A stretch of DNA of 63,618 nt, the filler included, from Octopus bimaculoides (taxonomy: Eukaryota): NCBI RefSeq assembly GCF_001194135.2. It is 5 parts of 5 records of this genome, joined end to end, with 100 filler letters (N's around TTAATTAATTAA, not from the genome) between each part and the next. Parts side by side here need not be neighbours in the genome. Positions count along the whole stretch, not along the records: positions 62,579 to 63,618 come from NW_026297776.1; 4 more parts are not named here. The stretch is one strand, 5' to 3'. This document shows positions 63,571 to 63,618 of this stretch, one piece after another; position 1 is the first letter of the stretch; each line of letters begins with the position of its first letter. The position numbers were made by a program, and so were the translations under genes. The notes beneath the pieces were generated by a model. That model worked only from the letters and a program-made list of their open reading frames with translations, searched no databases and had not been told where the DNA came from.

Positions 63571-63618
63571 GAAGGCGCGTGGCTTAGTGGTTAGGGCATT
63601 CGGCTCACGATCGTTGTG
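63571..63618 (+). mobile_element. tRNA-like SINE head, truncated by the window edge
   Basis: GAAGGCGCGTGGCTTAGTGGTTAGGG A box. Confidence 0.6.

Overview
AT-rich, microsatellite-dense eukaryotic DNA. The SINE and repeat repertoire suggests an octopod cephalopod draft assembly (inference). The window is five sequence blocks (1-20589, 20690-29397, 29498-49750, 49851-62478, 62579-63618) joined by four identical artificial 100-bp spacers (44N-TTAATTAATTAA-44N), with many internal N gaps. No intact long ORF is present; nearly all listed ORFs are microsatellite or gap artefacts. Content is mostly mobile-element debris: several tRNA-derived SINE families, non-LTR retrotransposon fragments (HERO-like, R4/Dong-like, Rex3/RTE, BovB-like RTE, CR1/L2-like, L1/Tx1-like), and DNA transposons (mariner, Tc1 MITE, Buster/hAT, a Merlin element, a Helentron-like repeat). 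The most striking signal is seven hammerhead-ribozyme-like motifs in about six unrelated repeats. They include a well-formed G3:C8 core-swapped variant (6267-6317), a candidate non-circularly permuted hammerhead (46712-46790), and a chimeric tRNA-head element with a hammerhead tail present twice. Blocks 3-4 look CpG-depleted and may be a methylated gene body; a weak, phase-compatible minus-strand exon chain of unknown product is proposed there. All folds and translations were done by eye, and many boundaries are approximate.
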